The notes beneath the pieces are model-generated. The model saw nothing but the letters and a program-made list of their open reading frames with translations. It was not told the origin of the DNA and searched no databases. Shown piece after piece: positions 9,381-20,075 of a DNA stretch of 64,000 bases (positions are counted from its first letter, which is position 1; every line of letters begins with the position of its first letter). The DNA is taken from positions 1,472,001-1,536,000 of the forward strand of contig OY729427.2 of the NCBI GenBank assembly GCA_963422375.2, given 5' to 3'. A program made the position numbers and the translations under genes. Source of the stretch: Bryobacterales bacterium. GTDB lineage: Bacteria > Acidobacteriota > Terriglobia > Bryobacterales > UBA6623.

Positions 9381-10412
9381 ATGAAGAAGGCGAGCTTCAG
9401 TTCCACGATCGTCGTCTTGGCCGCCTGCGTGGTCGTCATCGCGGGCCTGCGGGCTGCGAGCGACATCGTGACCCCGGCCCTGATCGCTGTATTCCTCGCG
9501 ACGCTGGCCGGCCCGCTGGTTTTCTGGCTGCACGGCCATCGCGTTCCCAGAGTGCTCGCCATCTTCGTTGTGATTGTCGCCGTGGTCGGGATGCTCACCC
9601 TTGTGGGAAGCGTGGCAGTGACGTCGCTAAAGGACTTCAATCAGAATCTGCCTGCCTACCAGAGCGAGCTGACCGCCGATCTGGAGGCTGCGACGCTCAG
9701 ACTGCAGGAGATCGGACAGCGTTTCGGACTCGAACTTGCCGTCGGAGACCTCTGGGCGAACTTCGACCTGCGGTCGGCCGCGGGAATCGCCGGCACGACG
9801 CTCGTCCAGTTCGGCAACATCGTCGCCAAGGCGTTCCTGATCGTGCTGACCGTCCTGTTCATGCTGCTCGAGGCATTTCGGCTGCCGAGAAAGCTGGACC
9901 GGGCGCTAGGCAGCGACAACATGACTCGCCCGGGCTTCGAGGCGTTCGCAGGTTCGGTCCAGCGGTACCTCGCGGTCAAGACCGGGGCCAGCCTCGCCAC
10001 CGGCCTAGCCGCGGGCCTGTGGGTCTGGATCCTAGGCGTGGACTATCCGGTGTTCTGGGGCCTCGTGTCGTTCCTGTTCAACTACGTTCCGAACATCGGC
10101 TCCTTCGTCGCCGCCGTCCCCGCGGTCCTCATGGCCGTCGTGCAATACGGCGGAGCGGCCGGCCTGCTCGTCGCCGTCGGCTACCTCGCTATCAACGTCA
10201 TCGTGGGCGGCGTGATCGAGCCCAAGTACATGGGGGACAGCGTGGGGCTCTCCCCGCTGGTGGTGCTCATGTCGCTGATCTTCTGGGGATGGGTCTTCGG
10301 TGCCGTCGGAATGCTGCTATCCACCCCGCTGACGATCAGCGTGAAGATCGCCCTCGAGAACTCTCCCGAGACACGCTGGATCGCGACGATGATTGGGTCC
10401 GGGAACACCTGA
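9381..10412 (+). CDS. AI-2E family transporter (UPF0118)
   Basis: FLFNYVPNIGS, IEPKYMGDSVGLSPLVV and FWGWVFGAVGMLLSTPLT motifs. Confidence 0.92.
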   Translation: MKKASFSSTIVVLAACVVVIAGLRAASDIVTPALIAVFLATLAGPLVFWLHGHRVPRVLAIFVVIVAVVGMLTLVGSVAVTSLKDFNQNLPAYQSELTADLEAATLRLQEIGQRFGLELAVGDLWANFDLRSAAGIAGTTLVQFGNIVAKAFLIVLTVLFMLLEAFRLPRKLDRALGSDNMTRPGFEAFAGSVQRYLAVKTGASLATGLAAGLWVWILGVDYPVFWGLVSFLFNYVPNIGSFVAAVPAVLMAVVQYGGAAGLLVAVGYLAINVIVGGVIEPKYMGDSVGLSPLVVLMSLIFWGWVFGAVGMLLSTPLTISVKIALENSPETRWIATMIGSGNT

Positions 10413-10492
10413 ATCGCCGCGGCCGGGCCGGCCGCGGCCACGAGCCCGGGGCCGCGACCCTCGCCTACAATGATTGCCGGGGGGCCTCGAGG

Positions 10493-12478
10493 ATGATCAG
10501 ACTTGCTATAGCGGTGCCGGCACTGTGCTTGGCGGCATCCTCCTGGGCCGCGGAGTACAGCGACTCCGAGCGATCGTTCTGGTCGTTCCAGAGAGTGTCA
10601 GCCTCCCCGCCACCGGCGACGGAATCCGACTGGGTGAGGACCCCCGTGGACGCGTTCGTCCTGCGCAAGCTGGCGAGCGAGGGACTGCAGCCGGCACCGG
10701 AGGCCAGCCCGGCAGCGCTTGCCCGGCGGGCCTACTTCGACGTGACGGGTCTGCCGCCCAGCCCTTCAGAGCTCGCCCTCTTCCTAGAGGACAAGCAACC
10801 CGGCTCTTGGGAGCGTCTCGTGGACCGGCTGCTGGCAAGCCCCCGCCAAGGCGAGAGAGCCGCGCAGCACTGGCTCGACGTCGTCCGGTACGCCGAAACC
10901 GAGGGCTTCGAATACGACCGCTACCTGCCCGGCCTTTGGCGCTACCGCGACTACGTGATCGACGCCCTCAACCGCGACCTGCCCTTCGATCGGTTCGTGC
11001 GGGAGCAGCTCGCCGGGGACGAGCTGGCCGAGGGCGGGCTGGATCTGGAATCGAACAGGGGGCTGCTGGCGGCCGCCGGCCTGCACCGGCTGGGGCCGGT
11101 CCGGCGCAACGCGGGCAATCAGGAGGTCGCCTCCAGCCGCAACGAGGTCCTCACGGAGCGGACGGACATGGTCGGAACGGCATTCCTCGCCCTGACAGTT
11201 GGCTGCGCTCGCTGCCACGACCACATGTTCGACCCGATCCGCCAGGTCGATTACTACCGTCTCCAGTCGTACTTCGGCGCGTCCAAGGAGGAAGACACGG
11301 TCTTCGAGGGCGCGGGCACCGTCGCCGAGTGGCAGGAGCGGACCAAGGAGATCGCAGGGAAGATGAAGTCCCTGCGGGCCAAGATCAAGCTCGCAGAGGG
11401 CCTCGAGCGAGAGCGCCTGCGGGCCGAGCACGACGAGTTGGAGGCCCAGCTGCCCGAACCGCCGCCCACCCTCGCAACGGTTCGCAACGACTGGGAGAGC
11501 CGCACGCAGGTGCGGCTGCTCGACCGGGGCGACCACACCAAGCCGTTGCAGCCGGTCGACCCGCGGCCGCCGGGCGTCCTGCTGCCCGAGGATGCCCCGA
11601 CCCTCCCGCCGGACGCACGCGGGCCGCGCACGCACCTTGCCGACTGGATCGCCGACCCGGGCCACCCCCTGACTGCGCGCGTTATTGTCAACCGGCTCTG
11701 GCAAGGCTACTTCGGACGAGGCATCGTGGACACGCCCAACGACTTCGGCGCCATGGGCGGGCGCCCGAGCCACCCGGAACTGCTCGACTTCCTCGCGGGG
11801 GAACTCGTCGACAGCAGCTGGAGCCTCAAGCGCCTGCGACGCATGATCCTGACCAGCAGCACCTACCGCCAGGCGTCGCGCAACCCGGTTGCGGGCGACA
11901 CCGCCGGCAAGAAGGACGCCGCCAACGCGCTGCTATGGAGAGGGCCCCGCCGCCGCCTGAGCGCCGAGGAGGTGCGGGACGCGATGCTCGCGGTGTCGGG
12001 CGAGCTGAACCTGGCTTACGGCGGCAAGAGCGTGATGCTGCCGGTCGACGAGGCCTTGGTGGACCTGCTGTACGACCCGACCCAGTGGCGCGTGCCAGCG
12101 GACACCGCCCAGCATCGCCGCAGATCGATCTACCTGATCGCCAAGCGCAACCTGCGCCTGCCATTCATGGAGGTCTTCGACCAGCCGGCACTGCTCACCA
12201 GCTGCGCGCGTCGCGAGGCGAGCACCCACGCGCCCCAGTCGCTTGCGCTCCTCAACGGGAGGACGTCGAACGAGCTCGCGGAGTTCTTCGCCGCTCGGCT
12301 CGAGGCCGAGGGGAACGGCGACCCGGAGACCGTCGTGCGACGGGCCTACCTCCTAGCGGCCGGCCGCCCCCCGTCCGAAGGCGAGACGCGGGCGTCCGCC
12401 GAGTTCCTTGCGAGCGGCTCCACGCGAGAATTCGCCCTGGCCATGTTCAACCTGAATTCCTTCCTGTACCTCAACTGA
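10493..12478 (+). CDS. DUF1549/DUF1553 (PSCyt2/PSD1) planctomycete-type cytochrome-like protein
   Basis: Signal peptide; WSFQ, PVDAFV, GLPPS, WLDVVRYAE, CARCHDH, HPLTARVIVNRLWQ and PSHPELLD motifs. Confidence 0.9.
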   Translation: MIRLAIAVPALCLAASSWAAEYSDSERSFWSFQRVSASPPPATESDWVRTPVDAFVLRKLASEGLQPAPEASPAALARRAYFDVTGLPPSPSELALFLEDKQPGSWERLVDRLLASPRQGERAAQHWLDVVRYAETEGFEYDRYLPGLWRYRDYVIDALNRDLPFDRFVREQLAGDELAEGGLDLESNRGLLAAAGLHRLGPVRRNAGNQEVASSRNEVLTERTDMVGTAFLALTVGCARCHDHMFDPIRQVDYYRLQSYFGASKEEDTVFEGAGTVAEWQERTKEIAGKMKSLRAKIKLAEGLERERLRAEHDELEAQLPEPPPTLATVRNDWESRTQVRLLDRGDHTKPLQPVDPRPPGVLLPEDAPTLPPDARGPRTHLADWIADPGHPLTARVIVNRLWQGYFGRGIVDTPNDFGAMGGRPSHPELLDFLAGELVDSSWSLKRLRRMILTSSTYRQASRNPVAGDTAGKKDAANALLWRGPRRRLSAEEVRDAMLAVSGELNLAYGGKSVMLPVDEALVDLLYDPTQWRVPADTAQHRRRSIYLIAKRNLRLPFMEVFDQPALLTSCARREASTHAPQSLALLNGRTSNELAEFFAARLEAEGNGDPETVVRRAYLLAAGRPPSEGETRASAEFLASGSTREFALAMFNLNSFLYLN

Positions 12479-12526
12479 GCGGACGGGCTCCCTCCGGACT
12501 CCCAGGACAGAACAGCGGTTCGCTTC

Positions 12527-14037
<1,511 letters not shown>

Positions 14038-14041
<4 letters not shown>

Positions 14042-14526
14042 AGCGGGTCGATCTGCTCGTCGACGGCGCACGCCGGACCATGCAGGTCGGCGCCGCTTCC
14101 TGCGTCTGGGACGGGCGGGAGTCCCGTCTCGACGTCGCCGACCTAGGAGACGGGTTGTACTCGGTGATCCTCGACGGTCGGCAGCATGCGGTGCATGTCG
14201 CCCCGCGCGGCCGCGACGCTTGCGAGGCGACCGTGGACGGCACGGCCGTCTCGATCGAGATTCGCGACGCGAGGCGCCTAGCCCCGCGCCCCCCCTCGAC
14301 GTCGGCCTCGGGCGCTCAGGAGGTCCGGTCCCCCATGCCGGGCAAGGTTGTCGCCGTCCATGTCGCGGCCGGAGACCGGGCCGAGCGAGGCGGCGCGCTG
14401 CTCGTTGTGGAGGCGATGAAGATGCAGAACGAGCTCCGCTCGACCCGCGACGGAACGGTGGCGTCGGTCAACGTCGCCGCCGGGGACTCGGTCTCTGCCG
14501 GGGACCTGCTCGCAGTCGTCGAATAG
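14038..14526 (+). CDS. Biotin carboxyl carrier (biotin/lipoyl attachment) protein
   Basis: SPMPGKVV and EAMKMQNEL biotinylation motif; GTGA overlap with the carboxylase. Confidence 0.92.
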
Positions 14527-14552
14527 GATGGAAAGGCGGGAGCGGCTGGTCG

Positions 14553-15344
14553 ATGGCAAGAAATCAACCGTGCAGGCATTGCGGGGACAACGGTTGGGTG
14601 ACGCAGGTCGGGCCCCGGGGACCCGTCGCCCGACGCTGCAAGTGCCGGGAAGCGAGGTCGTCGGATTCGAAATACGGGGATCTCGGTCTTCCTCCGCGCC
14701 TCTTGGACAAGTCGTTCAACAATTTCAGGGCCGGTCGCTTCGCAACCGAAAAGAAGCGCCACCAAACGCTCACCACCGCGATGGGACGCGCCAAGAGGTT
14801 CGCCGACGAGTTCCCGGGCGGCCCGAACAATGGCTTGCTCTTCCACGGCGGGACGCCGATCGAGCAGACGCACCTCGCCGTGGCGACCTTGAAGTGCTTC
14901 GCCGATCGGGGTTTCGAGTGCGTGTACTGGGACTATTCCCAGCTGATGATCGCGTTACGGGGCCGCAGCGATTCCGACGACTCCGCCGCCGCCGCCGGAC
15001 GGGAAGCAGCCCGCCGGGTCGCCCGCGCCGACGTGCTGCTCGTTGATTCGCTAGGGGAGCACCGCCGGACCGAGTGGGTGCGCGACACGATTGGCGGCAT
15101 CGTTAAGCACAGGTACTTCGGCGAAAAGTGCCTGCTGGTCACCACTGGCCTGCCCCTCGAGACGCCCTCCCTCCGGGAGCCCGAAGGCTTCGCCTCGATG
15201 CGCGCCTACAGGCCCTTGGAGGCGTTGCCGGACCGCATCGGCCAGGATACCGTGGACAGGCTCCTGGATCACTGCGAGCTAGTCTGCATCGCCGTGCCGG
15301 AGCCTCGGCGGGTCGGCCCCGAGGCCTCCGACCGTCTACGCTAG
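14553..15344 (+). CDS. DnaC/IstB-like AAA+ protein with N-terminal zinc finger and degenerate Walker motifs
   Basis: CRHCGDNGW...CKC, LPPRL..SFNNF, GLLFHG...THLAVA, DVLLVDSLG, WVRDTI...RY, TT and RIG..TVDRL follow the DnaC/IstB layout. Confidence 0.75.
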   Translation: MARNQPCRHCGDNGWVTQVGPRGPVARRCKCREARSSDSKYGDLGLPPRLLDKSFNNFRAGRFATEKKRHQTLTTAMGRAKRFADEFPGGPNNGLLFHGGTPIEQTHLAVATLKCFADRGFECVYWDYSQLMIALRGRSDSDDSAAAAGREAARRVARADVLLVDSLGEHRRTEWVRDTIGGIVKHRYFGEKCLLVTTGLPLETPSLREPEGFASMRAYRPLEALPDRIGQDTVDRLLDHCELVCIAVPEPRRVGPEASDRLR

Positions 15345-16286
15345 CGCCCGGCTCGGCAAGGTGCCGTGCGGGCCCTGCGATTCAAGTCCGCCGTGCCGAC
15401 TGCCCACCAGGTCGGCCGCGTCCCTCGCCCGCACGCCGAGCGGGGCGGCCAGAAGGCCCGCCAGGCGCGCCGCCTCGCCGAGAACGGCCTCCGGGCAAGC
15501 CCCGGCGCGCCTCTGCTCGCGAATCGCGGGCGACCGCCGCCGCTTGCCCAGCTTCGCTCCGGTCTGGTCGAGGGCTAGCGGGTGATGGAAGTACCGCGAG
15601 GGGCCGCGATGCCCGAGCAGCCGCGCAAGCCGCCTCTGCCGCCCGGTCGAAGAGAGCAGGTCGCTCCCCCGCACGACGAAGTCGACGCCGTGCCGCGCGT
15701 CGTCGACGGTGACCGCGAATTGGTAGGTCCACTGGCCGAGCCAGTCCCGCAGCAGGAGGTCGCCGCACTGTCGCTCCGGCCGCTGGCATTGGGAACCCAA
15801 GAAGCCGTCGTCAAAGGATTCGGGGGGAGCGCCGTCCTCCCAGGCCAAGCGCAGCCCGTGCGGCGACGAGGAAAGACAGTTCCTGCCCCGGCATAGCCCC
15901 GGATAGGGCCGCTCGCCGTCCGCGGCAGCCGGAACGACGCGCTCGAGCGCCCTGCGGGAGCAGGTGCAGCGGTAGACCAGCCCGCGCGCGGCGAGCCGGT
16001 CCAAGGCAGTTGCGTAGGCGCGGTCGCAGTCGCTCTGGCGGAACTCGCTCGGGTCCGCCCGCACTGCGTTCGCCGGCTCGAAACCGAGCCAGTCAAGGTC
16101 CTCGAGCAGGGCCGCTTCGTAATCCGGGCGACACCGCTGCCGGTCATGGTCCTCCACGCGCAGAAGCACTCTACCGCCGAGCAGCCCCGCCACGCCCCAC
16201 ACGTACAGCATGTGGGCGGCATGGCCCGCGTGAAGGTAGCCCGTGGGGCTGGGCGCGAAGCGAGTGACCGACGCTCCCGGCTGCAT
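15336..16286 (-). CDS. gluQ: Glutamyl-Q tRNA(Asp) synthetase
   Basis: TRFAPSPTGYLHAGH, LRVEDHD, YRCTCSR, YQFAVTVDD, VVRGSDL and KLGKR; about 316 aa with no anticodon domain. Confidence 0.85.
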   Translation of the reverse strand: MQPGASVTRFAPSPTGYLHAGHAAHMLYVWGVAGLLGGRVLLRVEDHDRQRCRPDYEAALLEDLDWLGFEPANAVRADPSEFRQSDCDRAYATALDRLAARGLVYRCTCSRRALERVVPAAADGERPYPGLCRGRNCLSSSPHGLRLAWEDGAPPESFDDGFLGSQCQRPERQCGDLLLRDWLGQWTYQFAVTVDDARHGVDFVVRGSDLLSSTGRQRRLARLLGHRGPSRYFHHPLALDQTGAKLGKRRRSPAIREQRRAGACPEAVLGEAARLAGLLAAPLGVRARDAADLVGSRHGGLESQGPHGTLPSRALA

Positions 16287-16321
16287 TGCATGGGAGAGCC
16301 GCGGACTGGCGGGCCTCGCGC

Positions 16322-19291
16322 CTAGTTCAGCGCGAGCGAGACGGAATTCGACTCGCCGGAAGCGTTCGCGGCGGTAACCGACACCGTCCCTAGGTCGTCG
16401 AACTCGCCCTCGTCGAAAGTGAATTCCGCCGACGCCATGAACTGGCTCCCGAAGCTGACCGATTGGTTCCCGCCGAAATAGGTCCGAAAAGCCTGCGAGA
16501 CATCGGCCTCGAAGCTCGGCGTCCGCAGATCCGAGCCCGTGACGCCGGCGAACGAGAACGACAGCTTGTCTACTTCGCGAGCGGAGGTGTAACCCGTGAC
16601 CTGAAGCGTGAAACGGCCCTGCCCGGCGTTGCCGAGAACGACCCGCTGGAGCACCGGCGCGGCCTTGGCGACCTGGAAGCGCACCTCGGGCAGCGTATCG
16701 GGGGTGATGTCGATGGAGCCTGCCTGGGCTTGCGCCTGCTCCATGCTCTGCGGGATGCCCTCGCTCACGGATATGAAGCGCGCCCGCACCACGATCTCGC
16801 CTGCCACGGTGCCCGTCTGGAAAGCATTGGTCGTGGCTTGGTTGCGGAACTCGGCCGCGGTCTGGCCGCTCGGGATCGAGAACGGCACCTGGCGGCCGCC
16901 GGTAGCCCACTGCACCGACGGATCGGTCGTGAAGACGTCCGTCTCGAAGGCGAGGGTCAGCACGCCCATGATGTCCGTCGAGTAGGGCTGCTCCAAGCTC
17001 AGCCCGACGGAGACCTGCTCGGCCGCGCCGACCGCGCCGCCGCTCGAGGAGTAGGTCACCGCGGGCAGGTCGGGAATCTGAATCGAGAACCGCACCTCGG
17101 GGGGGGGGCCGGGGGTGAAGTCCAAGCGCCACTCCTCGGCAGCCCAGCTGGCCGTCACCACGACCTCTCCCGCGACCTTCGCCGCGCGGAACTTGGCCTC
17201 GCTGCCCTCCGCCCCGAACGCCGCCTCGGTCTCGCCGACCGGGATGGTGAACGCCACCTGCCGACCGCCGGTAGCCCATTGCACGGCCTGCGTGACGTCC
17301 AAGTCTTCCGGGAGGAACTGGAGGGAGAGCATGCCGGTCACCTCCACCGGGTACGGCGCGGCGATGCGCGCTCCCAGCGAGACGTCCTCGTTCACGCCGA
17401 CACTGCCGCCGACGCGCGTGAAGCTGAAGGCGGGATCCTCCGGGACTTCCACTCTGAAGCGCAGTTGCGGAGCCGGGTCCGGCGTCAGTTCGAGCCGCCA
17501 CTCGGCGGCCGCCAGGCTGGCGCTGACGACCACCTCCCCGGCGACCGTGCCCGCCCGGAATTCCGCCACCGCGCCGGACGATCCGAAGTCCGCCTCGGTC
17601 GCCCCGGCCGGGATGCTGAACTCCACCTGCCGGCCGCCGGTAGCCCACTGCACGGCCTGAGCGGCGTCGAGGTCCTCCGCGAGGAACTGCAGGGACAGCG
17701 TGCCGGTCACTTCCACCGGGTACGGCGCGGCGATGCGCGCTCCCAGCGAGACGTCCTCGTTCGCGACAAGCGTGCTGCCGTCGCGCGTGAAGCTGAAGGC
17801 GGGATCCTCCGCGACCTCCACGCCAAAGCGCAGTTCCGGAGCCGGGTCCGGCGTCAGGTCCAGCCTCAGCTCGTCGGCCGCGAGGCTGGCCGTGACGACC
17901 ACCTCCCCGGCGACCGCGCCTGCCCGGAACTCCGCCGTCGCGCCGGACACTCCGAAGTCGGCCTCCGTCTCCCCGGCCGGTATCGCGAACCGCGCTTGCC
18001 GGCCTCCGGTCGACCACTGCACCGACGGGTCGCCGTCAAAGTCGGCCCCGAGAAACGCCAGGTCGAGCGTGCCTGAAATGTCGTAAAGGAACGGGCTCGC
18101 GAGACTCAGCCCCAGCGGGACGCGCTCCTCGGCGCCCAGCGTGGCACCCTCGCGCGTGAAGCTCACGGAGGCCAAGCCGGGCAGGGTGTAGGACAGCCCG
18201 AACTCCTCGTCGTCGATCATCAGCGTGCCCGAAATCGTTCCCACCTCGCTGGGCCGCGGCTCCAATTGCACCGTGATCGAGTCCTGCGAGCCAAGCGTCG
18301 CGGGAAGATCCGGGGCGTCGGTCGCCTCGAACGGGCCGGTGACCGCGATGCGCCGCACCAAATGCGAACTCGCGCGGGAATTGAGCGCGACCACGGCGAC
18401 GCTCGCTACGCCTGATGCGAATTCGATCTCCGCACCAGCCGCGACATCCGCGACCGTCTGCGGGAATCCGTCCGCCGCGTAGGAGATGAGCCGGTACTTC
18501 AGGAGCTCGCCTCCGGTGCCGGCCAGGCCGAATCGCCTCCGCCCCGCGCCGAAGTCCATCGTCAGTTCGCCGCGGTAGTTCTCTCCGCGGGCGGGCGCGA
18601 ACCCCAGCTGGAAGCTCACGCTTCGGCCGGGCTCGAGGCGAGCCGGGAACGCCGACGGGCCGGCGATGCGGAATGCCGCGCTCCCCGCAACCGTGACGTT
18701 CCGCACATCGCTCGCAGCCGAGCCGGCGTTCGTCAGCGTCAGCATGAGCTCCGACGTCTCTCCGGTCGGCCTGTGCCCGAAGTCCACGATCCCGCCCAGC
18801 GGCACGGGCTGCGATCCCCCGCCGGGCAGCATGTAGCTAAGTCCGAGGGACGGGGCCCGGCCCACGAGACCGACGGAATACACTCTCTCCTTCGGCCCGA
18901 AGTCGTCGCCTTCCTCGGTGACCACTTCAAGAGTCGCGTAGGCGGGTCCGGGACCCGAGGGGATGTAGACGACGTAAATCTCGATCCGCAGCTCGTTGCG
19001 AATCGCCACGGGGAAGGTGTCGATGCCCTTGACCTCGCTGGTGAACTGCCCGGAACCGCCGCGGATTCGAACTTGCTCCAGCCGCAGGTCGTCCCCGCTC
19101 GTAGGGCGGAAGGTCAAGTACACGCGCTTGGTGACCATCTGGCCAGCGCCGGGAGAGTCGAATTCGACCGCCTCCCCGACGACGGACGGACTGTTCACGC
19201 CCTGAACCATGATGTTCACCTGGGCGTCAAGCGGCATCGTCGATGTCGCTCCCAAGAGCACGGTAGCGATCGCTGTTAGGAACGTCTTCAT
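16322..19291 (-). CDS. Large secreted Ig-like protein (choice-of-anchor D/ASH-like domains plus four 123-aa repeats)
   Basis: Signal peptide MKTFLTAIATVLLG; VDFG...LTLTNAGS ASH-like segment; repeated VQW(A/S)TGGRQ..F.IP.G.T module. Confidence 0.8.
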   Translation of the reverse strand: MKTFLTAIATVLLGATSTMPLDAQVNIMVQGVNSPSVVGEAVEFDSPGAGQMVTKRVYLTFRPTSGDDLRLEQVRIRGGSGQFTSEVKGIDTFPVAIRNELRIEIYVVYIPSGPGPAYATLEVVTEEGDDFGPKERVYSVGLVGRAPSLGLSYMLPGGGSQPVPLGGIVDFGHRPTGETSELMLTLTNAGSAASDVRNVTVAGSAAFRIAGPSAFPARLEPGRSVSFQLGFAPARGENYRGELTMDFGAGRRRFGLAGTGGELLKYRLISYAADGFPQTVADVAAGAEIEFASGVASVAVVALNSRASSHLVRRIAVTGPFEATDAPDLPATLGSQDSITVQLEPRPSEVGTISGTLMIDDEEFGLSYTLPGLASVSFTREGATLGAEERVPLGLSLASPFLYDISGTLDLAFLGADFDGDPSVQWSTGGRQARFAIPAGETEADFGVSGATAEFRAGAVAGEVVVTASLAADELRLDLTPDPAPELRFGVEVAEDPAFSFTRDGSTLVANEDVSLGARIAAPYPVEVTGTLSLQFLAEDLDAAQAVQWATGGRQVEFSIPAGATEADFGSSGAVAEFRAGTVAGEVVVSASLAAAEWRLELTPDPAPQLRFRVEVPEDPAFSFTRVGGSVGVNEDVSLGARIAAPYPVEVTGMLSLQFLPEDLDVTQAVQWATGGRQVAFTIPVGETEAAFGAEGSEAKFRAAKVAGEVVVTASWAAEEWRLDFTPGPPPEVRFSIQIPDLPAVTYSSSGGAVGAAEQVSVGLSLEQPYSTDIMGVLTLAFETDVFTTDPSVQWATGGRQVPFSIPSGQTAAEFRNQATTNAFQTGTVAGEIVVRARFISVSEGIPQSMEQAQAQAGSIDITPDTLPEVRFQVAKAAPVLQRVVLGNAGQGRFTLQVTGYTSAREVDKLSFSFAGVTGSDLRTPSFEADVSQAFRTYFGGNQSVSFGSQFMASAEFTFDEGEFDDLGTVSVTAANASGESNSVSLALN
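16700..18180. repeat. Four tandem intragenic repeats, 369-bp period
   Basis: W(A/S)TGGRQ codons recur at about 16902, 17271, 17640 and 18009 (exact 369-bp spacing). The middle two copies share long identical DNA runs. Confidence 0.9.
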
Positions 19292-19346
19292 GGCACTTCT
19301 TCCGTGGTTCGGTCTGGAACACTGCATCGGTCGCTTCGCGGCTCCG

Positions 19347-19928
19347 TCAGCGCGGGGTGGAGATTCCCACGTTGCCCAAGCGGATAGACGTCGGCGCGAC
19401 CGGCGGCTCCTCTTGGTCGCGCAGCGCCGCCGCGAGGACTCCCACTGTCGCCGCGGCACTGATGGCGGCGATCATGCGCCAGCCGATGCCGCGACGCTTG
19501 GGCTTCGGCTCGCCGGGCGCCACCGCGTTCGACTGCGTGATTGTCGCGCTGGCCGCCATGTTGTTGTACTCGGCCTCGACTTCGATCTGGAAGGAGCCTT
19601 CCACGGTGTTCGGCAGCGTTCCGGTGACGCGCACGCGTCCTTGCTCGTCCGTGGTCATCGTGGCCACGCGGGACGCGCCGAAGAATGTCACGCTCGGGCC
19701 CGAGGCGGGGGCGCGCAACGTGACCGCCGCCTTGGGGACGGGCTTGCCGGAGGAATCCACCACCTCGATCAACGGCTCCACGGCGACGTTGCTGTTGATG
19801 TTGTTGATGCCCCCGTCCCCCGCAAGCACGCGGATCTGGAGCGCGGCATCAACCCCCCGGGCCAGCGGGGTCACCGCCAGCAGGGCGCTCAGCGCGGCTG
19901 CGAGGACTTTGTAAGAGAGGTGAGCCAT
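19347..19928 (-). CDS. Hypothetical secreted protein with Ig-like (Big-1-like) domain and C-terminal hydrophobic segment
   Basis: Signal peptide; EVVDSSGKPVPKAAVT and TTDEQGRV pattern; upstream of and co-oriented with the repeat protein. Confidence 0.7.
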   Translation of the reverse strand: MAHLSYKVLAAALSALLAVTPLARGVDAALQIRVLAGDGGINNINSNVAVEPLIEVVDSSGKPVPKAAVTLRAPASGPSVTFFGASRVATMTTDEQGRVRVTGTLPNTVEGSFQIEVEAEYNNMAASATITQSNAVAPGEPKPKRRGIGWRMIAAISAAATVGVLAAALRDQEEPPVAPTSIRLGNVGISTPR

Positions 19929-20075
19929 GTACCCTCCGGGGCAGAGCGCCGCCCGCGCGGCCACTCCCACTCCAATCGCACCAAGACCGCCCGCCCGCCG
20001 AATAGCCAAGCGGGGCTGTCAACGTAGAGACGATCCGACGGCTCGGCGGGTTACAGCGAACTTGGGCGCGACCGG

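Noticed and set aside
9329..10492. Apparent long N-terminal fusions in the ORF track (DUF1553, gluQ, map, surA, GT fusion, DUF1080)
   Set aside because: Extensions are stop-free shadow frames over neighbouring genes; true starts are internal.
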